The position numbers and the translations under genes are program-made. Under the pieces are notes generated by a model. It had not been told where the DNA came from. It saw only the letters and a list, made by a program, of their open reading frames with translations, and ran no database searches. Below, in pieces: positions 48,401 to 62,022 of a stretch of DNA of 64,000 nt; within the stretch, counting starts at the first letter, position 1, and every line of letters starts with the position of its first letter. The DNA comes from Octopus sinensis (lineage: Eukaryota). The stretch lies in assembly GCF_006345805.1 (NCBI RefSeq), contig NC_043019.1, positions 14,693,360 through 14,757,359 of the forward strand. Direction: 5' to 3'.

Positions 48401-49360
48401 AAACCCTGACGGGGGGTCAGGATTTGATCGAACTCCCATCATTTACTGGTATTTATTTTACTGGCTCCATCAATCATTACAATAGTTACACAAGTCGAAA
48501 CTGATTCCGACAGCGAAATTGAAATGTAAACGAGAAGAAAACACAATATATGAAGTCATTGTTTCGACCAATAAACAGATTTAACGGTTGTTTTCTGAGA
48601 TATTTCTTAATTCTTTGAGAATTAAAACGAAAAAAACTGGACAATAAACGGTAAAACCCAATAAACACCTGAACCTAAGACAAATGATTTGGTTTTAATC
48701 ATTACTTTTAATCGTTGATATGAAGATTACTCATCATAAAAACATACATACAGCGATCAGCTGTTATTATCTTTGTCATGATTGTAGTTTATTTAACCGT
48801 TTAGTGTTCAGATTATTCTGTCAAATGTGATATTTGTTTATTTATATTGCTTTGAATTAATCATGCATTATCTTGTAGTTTAGAGATTTCAGTGATGTGA
48901 TGATTTTTTAGTTTTAGAACGACATGGTTGGGCTGAGATGAAAGGTGAGATCTGGTCAGTTCCAATATATAACAGGTTAAATAGTTTGGCCAGATATGGC
49001 CGGTTTGAATGCTAAAAAGGGTTAAAGATAAATACATCATTTGCTTCACAAAAACATTTGTCTTTGGGTCTGGAGGCGAGAGAAAGAGGCAGAGCTGGAA
49101 TCGTGGATGGAACTAAATCAGTATGTTACTAGTATTGAATTGTATCGACCGTAGAGACGGTATATCCTTGACATTTAAAGGGGGAATATCCGTCAACATC
49201 CGTATAATAATAATAATAATAATAGAAAAAAGACATTCCTTCGCCTCCGACCTCGAATTATCAAAACAAATCCATCAGAATTTGGCCTCCAACAACCTGT
49301 AGAACAGCAATTTAGAGGCGAAAGACCGAACATAGAGACACATTAGCATTAGAGAATTAC

Positions 49361-49409
49361 CTGCTTTAGGGAAAACCCTGCGATACTCAGCAGGGTGTGA
49401 CGAGTCCAT
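49361..49409 (-). CDS. CEP350: Putative first coding exon of CEP350-like gene (MDSSHPAEYRRVFPKA+1 nt)
   Basis: ATG in strong context (agcATGG), donor GCAG|gtaatt, phase 1 matches the next exon; CpG-richer surroundings. No homology support. Confidence 0.5.
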
Positions 49410-49518
49410 GCTACAAAAGCCGAATGTCGACAATAATTTCTCCAACAACTCAACGTTTCCACTTTACAAATTTCACCGCCATGTTAAAGCTTTGGCTCGC
49501 AAAGCATTGTGGGAAGCT

Positions 49519-49532
49519 GTTGCCATGGTTGT
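49519..49532. promoter_or_regulatory. RFX X-box-like half site (GTTGCCATGG) upstream of the putative CEP350-like start exon
   Basis: Motif match only; 110 nt upstream of the proposed ATG. Confidence 0.4.
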
Positions 49533-50018
49533 GACAGTCTAACAACTATGGAAGAGCTGAAAGAGGCTACACTCAACCTGGTTAAACTCGAACTTTCACT
49601 CCTACACTCGACGACACTACTTTTTTTCTTTTTTCTTTTCGTACGCTGCACTAGTGTTTCTCAAACCGTTTCTGTCCCGCACTCCACTTCAATTTTCCAG
49701 AACAAAAAAAAAAAAATGCTGCGCTCCCCACCGCGAACGGTCAAAGAATATATGTTTCTTTATTACCCACAAGGGGCTAAACACAGAGGGGATAAACAAG
49801 GACAGACAAACGGATTAAGTCGATTACATCGATCCCCAGCGCGTAACTGGTACTTATTTAATCGACCCCGAAAGGATGAAAGGCAAAGTCGACCTTGGCG
49901 GAATTTGAACTCAGAACGTAACGGCAGACGAAATACGGCTACGCATTTCGCCCGGCGTGCTAACGATTCTGCCAGCTCGCAATATAACACACACACGTAC
50001 TTACATGCGTACACACAC

Positions 50019-50056
<38 letters not shown>

Positions 50057-50305
50057 TCATATCGCTTTTTATCTTTTACTTGTTTCAGTCGTTAGACTGC
50101 GGCCATGCTGGGGCATCGCCTTGAATTTTCAGTTGTATGAATCGACCCCAGTACTTATTTTTTTTAAAGCTTGGTACGTATTCTGTCGATCAATTTTGCC
50201 GAACCGCTAAGTTACAGGGATATAAACACACCAACACCAGTTGTCAATCGATGGTGGTGAAAGGGAGAAACACAGACACAAAGATATACACAGATAAATA
50301 AATAA

Positions 50306-50352
<47 letters not shown>

Positions 50353-51486
50353 TCGGGCTTCTTTCTGTGTCTGTCTGCCAAATCCACTCACAAGACTTTG
50401 CCTACCCTGAGGCTATAGTAGAAGACACTTGCCCAAGATGCCACACAGAGGAACTGAACCTGGAACCATGTGGTTGGGAAGCAAACTTCTTACCACACTT
50501 CCGCACCTGTGACTATCTATCCATCCATCCATCTATGTGTGTGTGTATGGAGGCGCAATGGCCCAGTGGTTAGGGCAGTGGACTTGCGGTTGTAGGATCG
50601 CAGACCGGGCATTGTGAGTGTTTATTGAGCGAAAACACCTAAAGCTCCATGAGGCTCCGGCAGGGATGGTGGTGATCCCTGCTGTACTCTTTCACCACAA
50701 CTTTCTCCCACTCTTTCTTCTGTTAGCCTGCTCGCTTAGCCATCGGGGTGGTGTCATTTGAAGGCTAAAACAATGTGAAGCACATTGTGACAAGCAATGT
50801 GTAGCAACATCTGATAACTTGGTCGGTCACGGCGATCATGGTGCTCGTGCTGGTGGCACATAAAAAGCACCATCCGTTAGTGGCCGTTTGCCAACTCTGT
50901 CTGGCACCTGTGCGGGTGGCATGTAAAAAGCACCCACTACACTCATGGAGTGGTTGGCGTTAGGAAGGGCATCCAGCCGTAGAAACACTGCCAGATTTGA
51001 CTGGGCCTGATGAAGCCTTCTGGCTTCACAGACCCCAGTAGAACCGTCCAACCCATGCTGGCATAGAAAACGGACGCTAAACGATGATGATGATGATATG
51101 CTGTTTTGCTAAAGCTGCAAAGACATCACAGAAACTGTCACTGTTTTTGTGATGTGTTTGCAGCTTTATTAATAAAGCATATTACTCTACCTCCAGTATT
51201 CGAGTACTATTTTTTTCCACCTTGTTTCACATTTATGTGCTTACTCTGGCATATATATATATATAGTTGAAATTTGTAGAAAAACAAAACACAAAGACAG
51301 GTGTTTGAACAACAAGCAAGTGAATTAGTTTGACACTCAGTTTTTTATGTTTCGAGCCTATGCTCTTCAACAGAAAGGAATAAAAGAAAATAATGAAAAA
51401 AATTTGTAGATTTCAGTAGCCCAGCATGGTGGAAATATGCATCATCGTCATCAGTGGTGGCTCGTGTATATATATATATATATATA

Positions 51487-52048
<562 letters not shown>

Positions 52049-52049
52049 C

Positions 52050-52090
<41 letters not shown>

Positions 52091-52447
52091 ATATATATAT
52101 ATACATATATGTATGAGTGTGTGTGTGTGTGTGTTGTTATGTCCTGTTATTATTTTTATTGTATTTGTGTGATGTCTATTTTTTTCCATCCTTATTTTTA
52201 TATACATTCGCTGCTTTCTTTCAAGGAATCTAATGCTCTTAGCTTAGTTTTTCCTTTGGGCTGGCCAGATTGGAGCAATCTCAAGTATAATCAGCCGAAA
52301 TTGTGAAGATAATCTGTAACTCGACTGAGGAAATAAAACTTCAAATGACCCATCTTTGTTTTCTTTGTATCGTCTATCTGGATGTTTTGTTGTTCCATTT
52401 TAGAATCACTTAGCCGTCCAGATATTTTGCTTTCTTGTTCTGTTTTG

Positions 52448-52484
<37 letters not shown>

Positions 52485-52659
52485 AATATTTGATGGGCTT
52501 CTTTCAATTTCTTTCAATCAAATCCACTCACAAGGCTTTTGCTCAGCCTGAGGCTATAGTAGAAGATACTTGCCCAAGGTGCCACACTGAGACTGAACCC
52601 AGAACCATGTGGTTGGGAAGCAAACTTCTTACTACACAGTCATGCCTGCACTTATATGT

Positions 52660-52722
<63 letters not shown>

Positions 52723-53344
52723 CATCATCATCATCATCATTTAGCGTCCGCTTTCCATGCTAGCATGGGTTGGACGCTTCAACTGGGGTCTGTGAAGCCA
52801 GAAGGCTGCATCAGACCCAGTCTGATCTGGCAGTGTTTCCACGGCTGGATGCCCTTCTTAACGCCAACCACTCCGTGAGTGTAGTGGGTGCCTATATATA
52901 TATATATTAAAATGGGGAAGGCCGGTTTATGGGATTGCCTTATGGCTTTCCCCATCCATAAAGGGTTTAGTTTTATGGTGTATCGCCAGATCCCAAAAAC
53001 CTGTTGACCCATGACCTCTTCAAAATATAGGCAAAAAACCTAAGGTAATCCCTTAAACCAGCCTTCCCTATTCTTGATATATACTGCTCTACATCTTAGA
53101 GTGTGCTTTTCTTTTTTTTTTCAGATTTAAGTTTTCTACAAACATGTCGAGAGCTATCATTATATTACAAAATTATAAAAATCACTTCCCTCTATTCTAA
53201 TATAAATCAAACTGAATTTGAATTTCGTGCTTATCTCCCCTGCTCAAGCTTTTTTTGATTCTCGTAATGATTAATTTTTTGCTCCTAAGGATTTGACTTT
53301 AATTAACTAAAATTTCAGAGCCCACTTTACATACACACAAATGC

Positions 53345-53408
<64 letters not shown>

Positions 53409-53721
53409 GGAATATTAAAATTACTAAGTCTCTCTTATGGGATAATCTGCCTGGATTGATAATCCCTCACTATTAGCTATATGTATATAGCCACCTCTCT
53501 CAGTACCTATTTCTTTTAACGGATTAAGTCGATTATATCGACCCCAGTGCGTAACTGGTACTTATATATATATATATTTCGTTTTTGGATTTGGTTTGCA
53601 AGATTCTTTATATGAGTTCGTGTGTTGAAGCATATTCTGTTGTGTCAGGGGAGAGTCATTCTCTTTTTATGCCTTATTATTTAACACACTCACCGGTAAA
53701 ATTTCCACTTATTTCTTACAA

Positions 53722-53752
<31 letters not shown>

Positions 53753-53885
53753 AAAAATAAGAAATAAATGGAAATTTTAACAGTGCGTGTGTTAAATCAT
53801 AAGGCACAAAAAGAAAATGACTCTCCCCAGACACATTATATATATATATATTTGTTTCAGTCATTTGACTGCAGCCATGCTGGAG

Positions 53886-53960
53886 TACACCTGATTATAT
53901 ATACACTTTAGATGAGTTGTAGTGCACCTGAGCACTGTACACAATTATTATTATTATTAT
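53886..53960 (+). mobile_element. 5'-truncated copy of the same CR1 3' end
   Basis: Appears identical to 25492-25566 including the (ATT)n tail. Confidence 0.85.
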
Positions 53961-56347
53961 TCTATCAGTCTCTTTTGCCGAACTGCTACGTTACAGGGAC
54001 GTAAACACACCAGCATCGGTTGTCAAGTGATGATGGTGGGGACAAACACACACACACACACACAGAGGAGACAATGGATTTGCGCAACTGAAGTGTCCTT
54101 TCCAGTTTTGCGCAGGCCTGGGCTAGATGTAAGAAAATCCTGGGTAGCCCAATCGTCAGGATTCCTCTCTTGACCTTACTGATGTAGTCCAAAGGAGTGC
54201 AGAGCATTACGTTTGGCACCAGCTTGGTTGCAGGAGCTACTGGAAGAGTGTCGAGTCGAACACTAAACCGTCTACGGGGCTCCACTCCGGATTTCTTTGA
54301 AGGTTGTATCCTTTCCATGACCCTGGATAGGGGCCCATACCATGAACAGTCAGTCAGAGCCAGCTGAGCCCGGGACTCATGTTAAGGAGGGTTGTCACTC
54401 CCTGAAGTAGTGAAGAAAATCGCTACCCAGTACATCAAAATAATTATCAAATGGAAATTGTAGTTGTGATACCTGTGCCGATGGCACGTAAAAAGCACCA
54501 TCTGAATGTGGCCGATGCCAGCGCCGCCTTGACTGGCTTCTGTGCCAGTGGCACGAAAAAAGCACCAACCGATCATGGCCATTGCCAGCCTCCCCTGACA
54601 CCTGTACTGGTGGCACGTAAAAAGCACCCACTACACTCTTGGAGTGGTTGGCGTTAGGAAGGGCATCCAGCTGTAGAAACACTGCCAGATCAGACTGGAG
54701 CCTGGTGCAGCCTCCTGGCTTCCCAGACCCCGGTCGAACCGTCCAACCCATGCTAGCATGGAAAACAGATGATGATGATGATGACTACCTATATATAAAA
54801 GACAAGGCATCAATAACAGTCATTACATAGTTTCCTTTATTAGAGTAAATTTGGCTTACAGCTGTTCCCAGTAGTTATTACAGGTAGCTTGCTGATAGGT
54901 TTACTCAACAGGTCTATTGATTATTTGAGGAAAATTAGGAAACGGCCTAAAAAAATTAATTCTACTTTCATCAGAGCCATTTTTGGTTATAACAGAGCAG
55001 AACACTGAGGGAATGGTACGTGCATGGAGGGGAGGGGGGAGAGAAGAGAAAAGAGGCAAGTGGAAGAGAGATAAAGAGGAAGACAGGTTACAATAAGGTG
55101 AAGAGAAGCAAGGAAAGAATAGAGGAAAGGGTCACGTAAGAGAAGGAGAGTTCTACACAAATCTAAACAATATTGTTAGCCTGGTGGGCCAACAGGGAGC
55201 TTATGGGATAATCTGCCTGAATTGATAATCCCTCACTATTAGCTATATGTATATAGCCACCTCTCTCAGTACCTATTTCTTTTAACGGATTAAGTCGATT
55301 ATATCGACCCCAATGCGTAACTGGTACTTATTTAATCGACCCCGAAAGGATGAAAGGCAAAGTCGACCTCGGCAGAATTTGAACTCAGAATGTAGTGGCA
55401 GATGAAATACCTATTTCTTTACTACCCACAAGAATTTTACTGGTACTTTATCGACCCTGAAAGGATTAAAGGCAAAGTCGACCTTGGCGGAATTTGAACT
55501 CAGAACGTAACGGCAGACGAAATACCTATTTCTTTACTACCCACAAGGGGCTAACCACAGAGAGGACAAACAAGAACAGACAAATGGATTAAGTCAGTTA
55601 TATCGACCCCAGTATTTTACTGGTACTTTATCGACCCCGAAAGGATGAAAGGCAAAGTCGACCTCGGTGGAATTTGAATTTAGAACGTAGCGGCAGACAA
55701 AATACCGCTAAGCATTTCACCCGGCATGCTAACGATTCTGCCAGCTCACCGCCTTATCTCTCTTAGTACCACCCCTCTCCTAGCCAAGGGGCAGGCTGCT
55801 TTACAAATTTACTTGGTGACCCTACTGATGCTGGTGCTGTATAAAAGCACCAATGCTGGTACCACTAAAAATCATCCACTATATTCTGCAAAGTGGTTGG
55901 CATTAAGAAGGGCATACACCTTTAGAAAAACTATACTAAAGCAGACAGCAGGGGTTGGTAGAACCTTCTGGTTTGCCACTTCCTCTGCAACTGTCTAACC
56001 CATGCCAGCTTGGAATATGGATGTTAATTGATGAGGACGATGATGATGATATATATTCTTCTGGCGACTGAGATACATTTCACGATGGTGTGGTAGGAAT
56101 CTCTGTTCTCCAATAATCCTGACAGATCCTTAATTTCAAGCTGTATGTCTCTGCCAACAACACTAATGCATTTGAGTGGTGATTATTCTTTATCAGGGTG
56201 ATTGCCAATATTTCTGTGTGGTACACTTGAACAATTGTAAAGATCTTTTTGCATGAAACCATTGGTTGTCTTGTTAACCCACAAATAAAGAATATTTATC
56301 TCCCAATGCAGTGTTGAGCACTCATTCATACTGCTTGATATTAGCAT

Positions 56348-56382
<35 letters not shown>

Positions 56383-56534
56383 ATATATATATATGCAGAT
56401 AAAGGGTGAAATATAATTAATTTAATAAAATCAACAAATTTCACCAAGTAGTGTTTCGGTATGGAAAAGGACCATATTCGGTAAAATTATATATAATTAT
56501 AACAATGAGGGTCTTGCAAAGACCCTCATTGTTA

Positions 56535-56604
<70 letters not shown>

Positions 56605-58635
56605 CATCATCATCATCGTTTAACTTCCGCTTTCCATACTGCCGCTACGTTCTGAGTTCAAATTCCGCCGAGGTCGACTTTGCCTTTCATTCTTTCGGGG
56701 TCGATTAAATAAGTACCAGTTACGCCCTGGGGCCGATATAATCGACTTAATCCCCTGTGTCTGTCCTTGTTTGTCCCGTCTGTGTTTAGCCCCCTTGTGG
56801 GCAGTAAAGAAACAAATATCATTCGTCTTGTAATTTAGAAGGAAACAATTCTACCAAGTACGAAACTGAGACTGTAACTGTCCTAGCTCTGTATTGCTTA
56901 TTATTTATTTTTTTCTCTCCCTCGGATAAACCGTAATTATGTTTTGATATGATTTTCTTGTCACCTTAATTAATGTAATTTATTCTAATTTCTGATTATT
57001 TTCGCAAGGATCTTGTTCTCATGTCAAAATTTTGAATACCAGATTAACAATAATAACTTCAAAACTTAGTTTTCTTTTAGGAATTTGATCTTTATTTTCA
57101 CGTGTTCAAGATTTATGTCGAGAATTTTCTCCTGAAAACCTTTTAAATTTTGCCTAATTAAGAAATTTCATTACAATAGCCGGTTGTGTTGGACATTGGT
57201 ATGTACAACGACGACTCCTTTTAAATCATTGATATTATCGGGTTTTTGCGAAGACTGATTTTTTTTCGGATTTCGCCTTCTTGATGATAATATCTGTTAA
57301 TTCATTCCAAATCTTTTTAATTTCAGTTAATTTGATTTTCGTTCTTTTAATGCCTAAACACGAAGACAATATAGTGAGATGTGTAACTAGGTAGCTGACT
57401 TACAAAGACAGTGCTCGGAAACAAATATAAAGAAATAATTAAAACAAGAGCAGTCCGAGAGCGCAAACCCCCGCCAAGGCAACACCGACGTCCTTAATTT
57501 TTTAGTACCCACAAGGGGCCGAAAATAGAGGTTTTAAATTGCAAGAACAATACAAAACTCATAATTGGGGAAATAAAAATATAGAAGGTAGTCGAGTAAG
57601 GAAGAAAAAATAAAAGGAACGAATGAAAATATGAAAATAATAAAATGAGGCGCAATGCCCACTCGACCCCCGAAGCCAAGTGGTTACATTTAGAAATTAT
57701 TTTAGACAGTTTTTGGAGGGAATGTACATTAGCTCATTCCCTCCACCAGATCAACGTTGCTTGAATAGGTGCACGGTGTGCCACACATCGGATGTCAAAG
57801 TGATCGCAGCAACATGAGATGAAATGTTTTCTACAACAACACAACGTACAAATCGCTTTAGGAATTGAAACCACAATCTCGCAATCGTGAGTGCAACACT
57901 CTAACCAGTAGACCATAAGACCTCACACCATCTCTGATATGGTTAAGCTTTCAACTGAGTATAAACATAACATTTGGTACTTAAAAGCAGAAAATGACAT
58001 TACAGTTTGAGATAGAAGGTGGGGGTCTAGTTTTAGAAGATCATCATTATCATCGTTTAACGTCCGTTTTCCATGCTAGCATGGGTTGGACGATTTGACT
58101 GAGGACTGGCGAACCAGAAGGCTGCACCAGGCTTCAATCTTGATCTGGCAGAGTTTCTACAGCTGGATGCCCTTCCTAACGCCAACCACACCGAGAGTGT
58201 AGTAGGTGCTTTTACGTGCCACCAGCACGGGGGCCAGCCAAGCGGTACTGGCAAAGACTTCGCTTGAATCTTTTTATACATACCACTGGCACAGGTGCCA
58301 GTAAGGCGAAGCTGGTAATGATCACACTCGAATGGTGTCTTTTATGTGCCACTGGCACGGAGGCCAGACAGCCGCTCTGGCAACGATCACGCTCGGATGG
58401 TGCTCTTAACACCCTACTAGCACAGGGCTCGAGTGCCAGTAAGGCGACAGAAAGAAGAGAAAGCAAGATAAACGAAGTTTATGTATTGAACATCACTCAG
58501 GTGTTATCGATCGGTTTTGGTGACAAAAGAACAAAATTTTAGTTATACACGTTTAATTTTATTTGATTGAAATCGCTTTCATGTTTTGATGCAATTTATT
58601 TTTCTTCTTCCTTCAGAATCCGCAGTGCTTCAAAG

Positions 58636-58691
58636 ATGCTTGAGATAACTTGTAATGACCGACTGGGAAAGAAAGTCAGAGTGAAGTGCAA
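58636..58691 (+). CDS. UBL5: UBL5/Hub1 first coding exon (MLEITCNDRLGKKVRVKC); exon starts at 58617 after the acceptor
   Basis: Diagnostic CNDRLGKKVRVKC; acceptor ttcttccttcag at 58616; donor AA|GTATCCTT. Confidence 0.97.
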
Positions 58692-59185
58692 GTATCCTTC
58701 TGCTTCCAAAGAGATTAAGGGTCTTCCTCTTTATTGTATGTGTGCCAGATGACAAAAACTAAAAAAAAAAAAATAGTCTGTGGCCATATGGTAAGAAATT
58801 TCTTTCCCGACCACATGGTTCCAGGTTCAGTCCCACTGCATGGCACTTTGCGAAAGTGTCTTCTCATATAGCTCCAGGCTGACCAAAGCCTTGTGAGTGG
58901 ATTTGCTAGATGGAAACTGAAATAAGCCCATAATTTTTTTTTTCTCTAGTTTCAGCTCAGAGCTGCGGCCATGCTGATGCACCGCCATTGAAATCATCCA
59001 CTATATTCTGCAAAGTAGTTGGCATTAAGAAGGGCATACACCTTTAGAAACTATACTAAAGCAGACAGCAGGGATTGGTAGAATCTTCTGGTTTCCTGTG
59101 CAACAGTCTAACTCATGCCAACTTGGAATATGGATCCTAATTGATGATGATGATATATATTCTTCTGGCAACTGAGATACATTTG

Positions 59186-59227
<42 letters not shown>

Positions 59228-60770
59228 CGCTGGAGTGGCTGTGTGGTAAGTAGCTTGTTTACCAACCACATGGTTCCGGGTTCAGTCCCACTGCGTGGCA
59301 CCTTGGGCAAGTGTCTTCTACTATAGCCTCGGGCCCACCAATGCCTTGTGAGTGGATTTGGTAGACGGAAACTGAAAGAAGCCCGTCGTATATATGTATA
59401 TATATATATATGCGTGTGTGTGTTTGTGTGTCTTTGTTTGTCCCACTAGCATTGCTTGACAACCGATGCTGGTGTGTTTATGTCCCCATTACTTAGCGGT
59501 TCGGCAAAAAAGAGACCGATAGAATAAGTACTGGGCTTACAAAAGAATAAGTCCCGGTGTCGAGTTGCTCGATTAAAGGTGGTGCTCCAGCATGGCCGCA
59601 GTCAAATGACTGAAACAAGTAAAAGAGTAAAGAGTAATATATATTAGTGGTAAGAAGTCTGCTTCCCAACCACATGATACTGGGTATTTATGTTCAACAT
59701 AGCATTTAATGGCAGTCAGTTTCTCACTGAGGTACACATGCTATTGCCATTTTACATTCATTTTTCCATGGTTGTTTCTCTGTCACACTCTAACCTTTCA
59801 TCATCTGACACATGACCACCTCCTCCAATATCCCTCCTCTATAGCAAGATGCCTGTTCTTATCTCTTTGTCACAGTCTTACCTTACATCATCTGATGCAG
59901 GATCCCCTCCTCCAATGCCCCTCCCCCCTCTCCTCTCAAAATTCCTTGTCATGCAAAGTTACTTGGTCACCCTGCCAGTACTGGTGCCACATAAAAAGCA
60001 TCCAGTCCACACTGTGAAGTGATTGGCATTTGGAAGGGCATCCAGCTTAAAAAAAAACCTGTCAAAACTGACCTCACCTGTGCTGGTGCCACATAAAAAG
60101 CACTCAGCCCACTCTGTGGAATGGTTGGCGTTAGGAAGGGCATCCAGCCGTAAAAACCATGCCCAAAATACACAGAAGCCTGGTGCCGTCTTCTACCTGA
60201 CCAACTCCTGTAAACCCATCCAACTATGCCAGCATGGAAGGCAGACATTAAACAATGATATATATATAAAATTAAATAATAAGGGTAGAAAATTTTCATT
60301 TGTCTTGCTCAGTTTTACATTTTGGCATTTTGCTAAGATTTTTCTTGAGGACAGACTTTTTATGGAAATGGCGATTTGACATCTATGTTTAGCATATTAG
60401 GTGTCCACTTAAGTGGTCATTCCTCTTGATTATATATATATATATATATAAGATATATAAAGAACGTTAATACTCATGAGAGATTAATGTTAGTAGCCAC
60501 AAGCTGAAAACCATATAGGCCAAATTAATAGATATATATAAGAATTATATATAACAAGGGTGCTATGAAGCACTAACTTTGCTAAAAATAGGAGTCAAAG
60601 TACTCCAAAGCCACAAAAATTAACACTAGATTTTCACAGGCATAGTTGGAAAAAAAAACCAAGTGAATAAGGATTGCATCTTATCTCTGCAAAACGGCAA
60701 GAAGGAATGCCAATAACCTGGTGTCATGATTTCAAATTTAACACCAAAGACTTGATTCTATCTACCTATA

Positions 60771-60822
<52 letters not shown>

Positions 60823-61938
60823 TGCTTTTTTTTTTTTTGAGAAGGCCATGACTTAGTGGTTAGGGCGTGGGATTTAAAATTCTGTAGTTGAAGCTTCAAT
60901 CCCCTGACTAGGCAGCATGTTGTGTTTGAGTGCCGAGCTCTAATTTTGGAGGGTACCCAGGAAGATGTGGGACAAAGTGGTGAGAAAGGATCTTTGGACT
61001 CTGGGCCTCACCGAGGAAACAACAGCGGACAGGAAGTCGTGGCAATTTGCTGAACCTGATAAAACACATGAAGCTAAATATAATTGCTTCCACACATGCA
61101 GGCTTGTCCTTTTATGTACCGGTGCCGCTTAAAAAGCACCCGTTTAATGTCTGCTTTCCATGGGTTGGGTGGTTTGACATGGAACTGTCCAGACTCCACT
61201 TGTCTGTTGTGGCATGGTTTCTACAGTTTGATGCCCTTCATAATGCCAACCACTTACCAGAGTGTGCTGGGTGCTTTTTTGTTAACTTGGTCTTTTAAAT
61301 ATAATTATTCTAGACTGGCTTCCATGCCGGTGGCATGTAAAAAGCACCATCCGAACGTGGCTGATGCCAGCGCCACCTGGACTGGCTTCCATGCTGGTGA
61401 CACGTAAAAAGCACCAATCCGATCGTGGCCGCTGCCAGCCTCGCCTGGCACCTGTGCCAGTGGCACGTAAAAAGCACCCACTACACTCACGGAGTGGTTG
61501 GTGTTAGGAAGGGCATCCAGCTGTAGAAACACTGCCAGATCAGACTGGAGCCTGGTGCAGCCTTCTGGCTTCCCAGATCCCCAGTCGAACCGTCCAACCC
61601 ATGCCAGCATGGAGAACGGACGTTAAACGATGATGATGATGTGTAAATATAAACAAACTAACATATGTTTTTATTAGAAGCGTCCAAATGTGTATTGTAC
61701 AACACAAACAAGCAGATGATATTTTTTCAAATGCAGTAATAATAGGTGAATACCCTTACAAGGTAGAAAAAGTTGTCAACAAACTGTCTTGTAATGATAT
61801 TTACCCATTATTTCTGCTGTTCTAATGGCATTACTGCATTTGAAAAAAATATCATCTTCTTGTTTGTATCGTACAATAATTATTACGATTATTGTTGTTA
61901 TTGTTCTTGCAGTTGTTTTCTTTAACTAAATCTTTCAG
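58692..61938 (+). other. U12-type (minor spliceosome) GT-AG intron of UBL5
   Basis: 5' site GTATCCTT; branch-site-like TTTTCTTTAAC at 61916-61926, 12 nt before the AG, with almost no pyrimidine tract. Confidence 0.9.
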
Positions 61939-62022
61939 TGAAGACGACACCATTTGTGACCTAAAAAAATTAATCGCAGCTCAAACAGGCACTCGGTGGG
62001 AGCGAATCGTTTTGAAAAAATG
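61939..62022 (+). CDS. UBL5: UBL5/Hub1 second coding exon ([29 protein letters not shown])
   Basis: Matches UBL5 [19 protein letters not shown]; phase 2-2; donor TG|gtaagt. Remaining exons not found before 64000. Confidence 0.97.
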
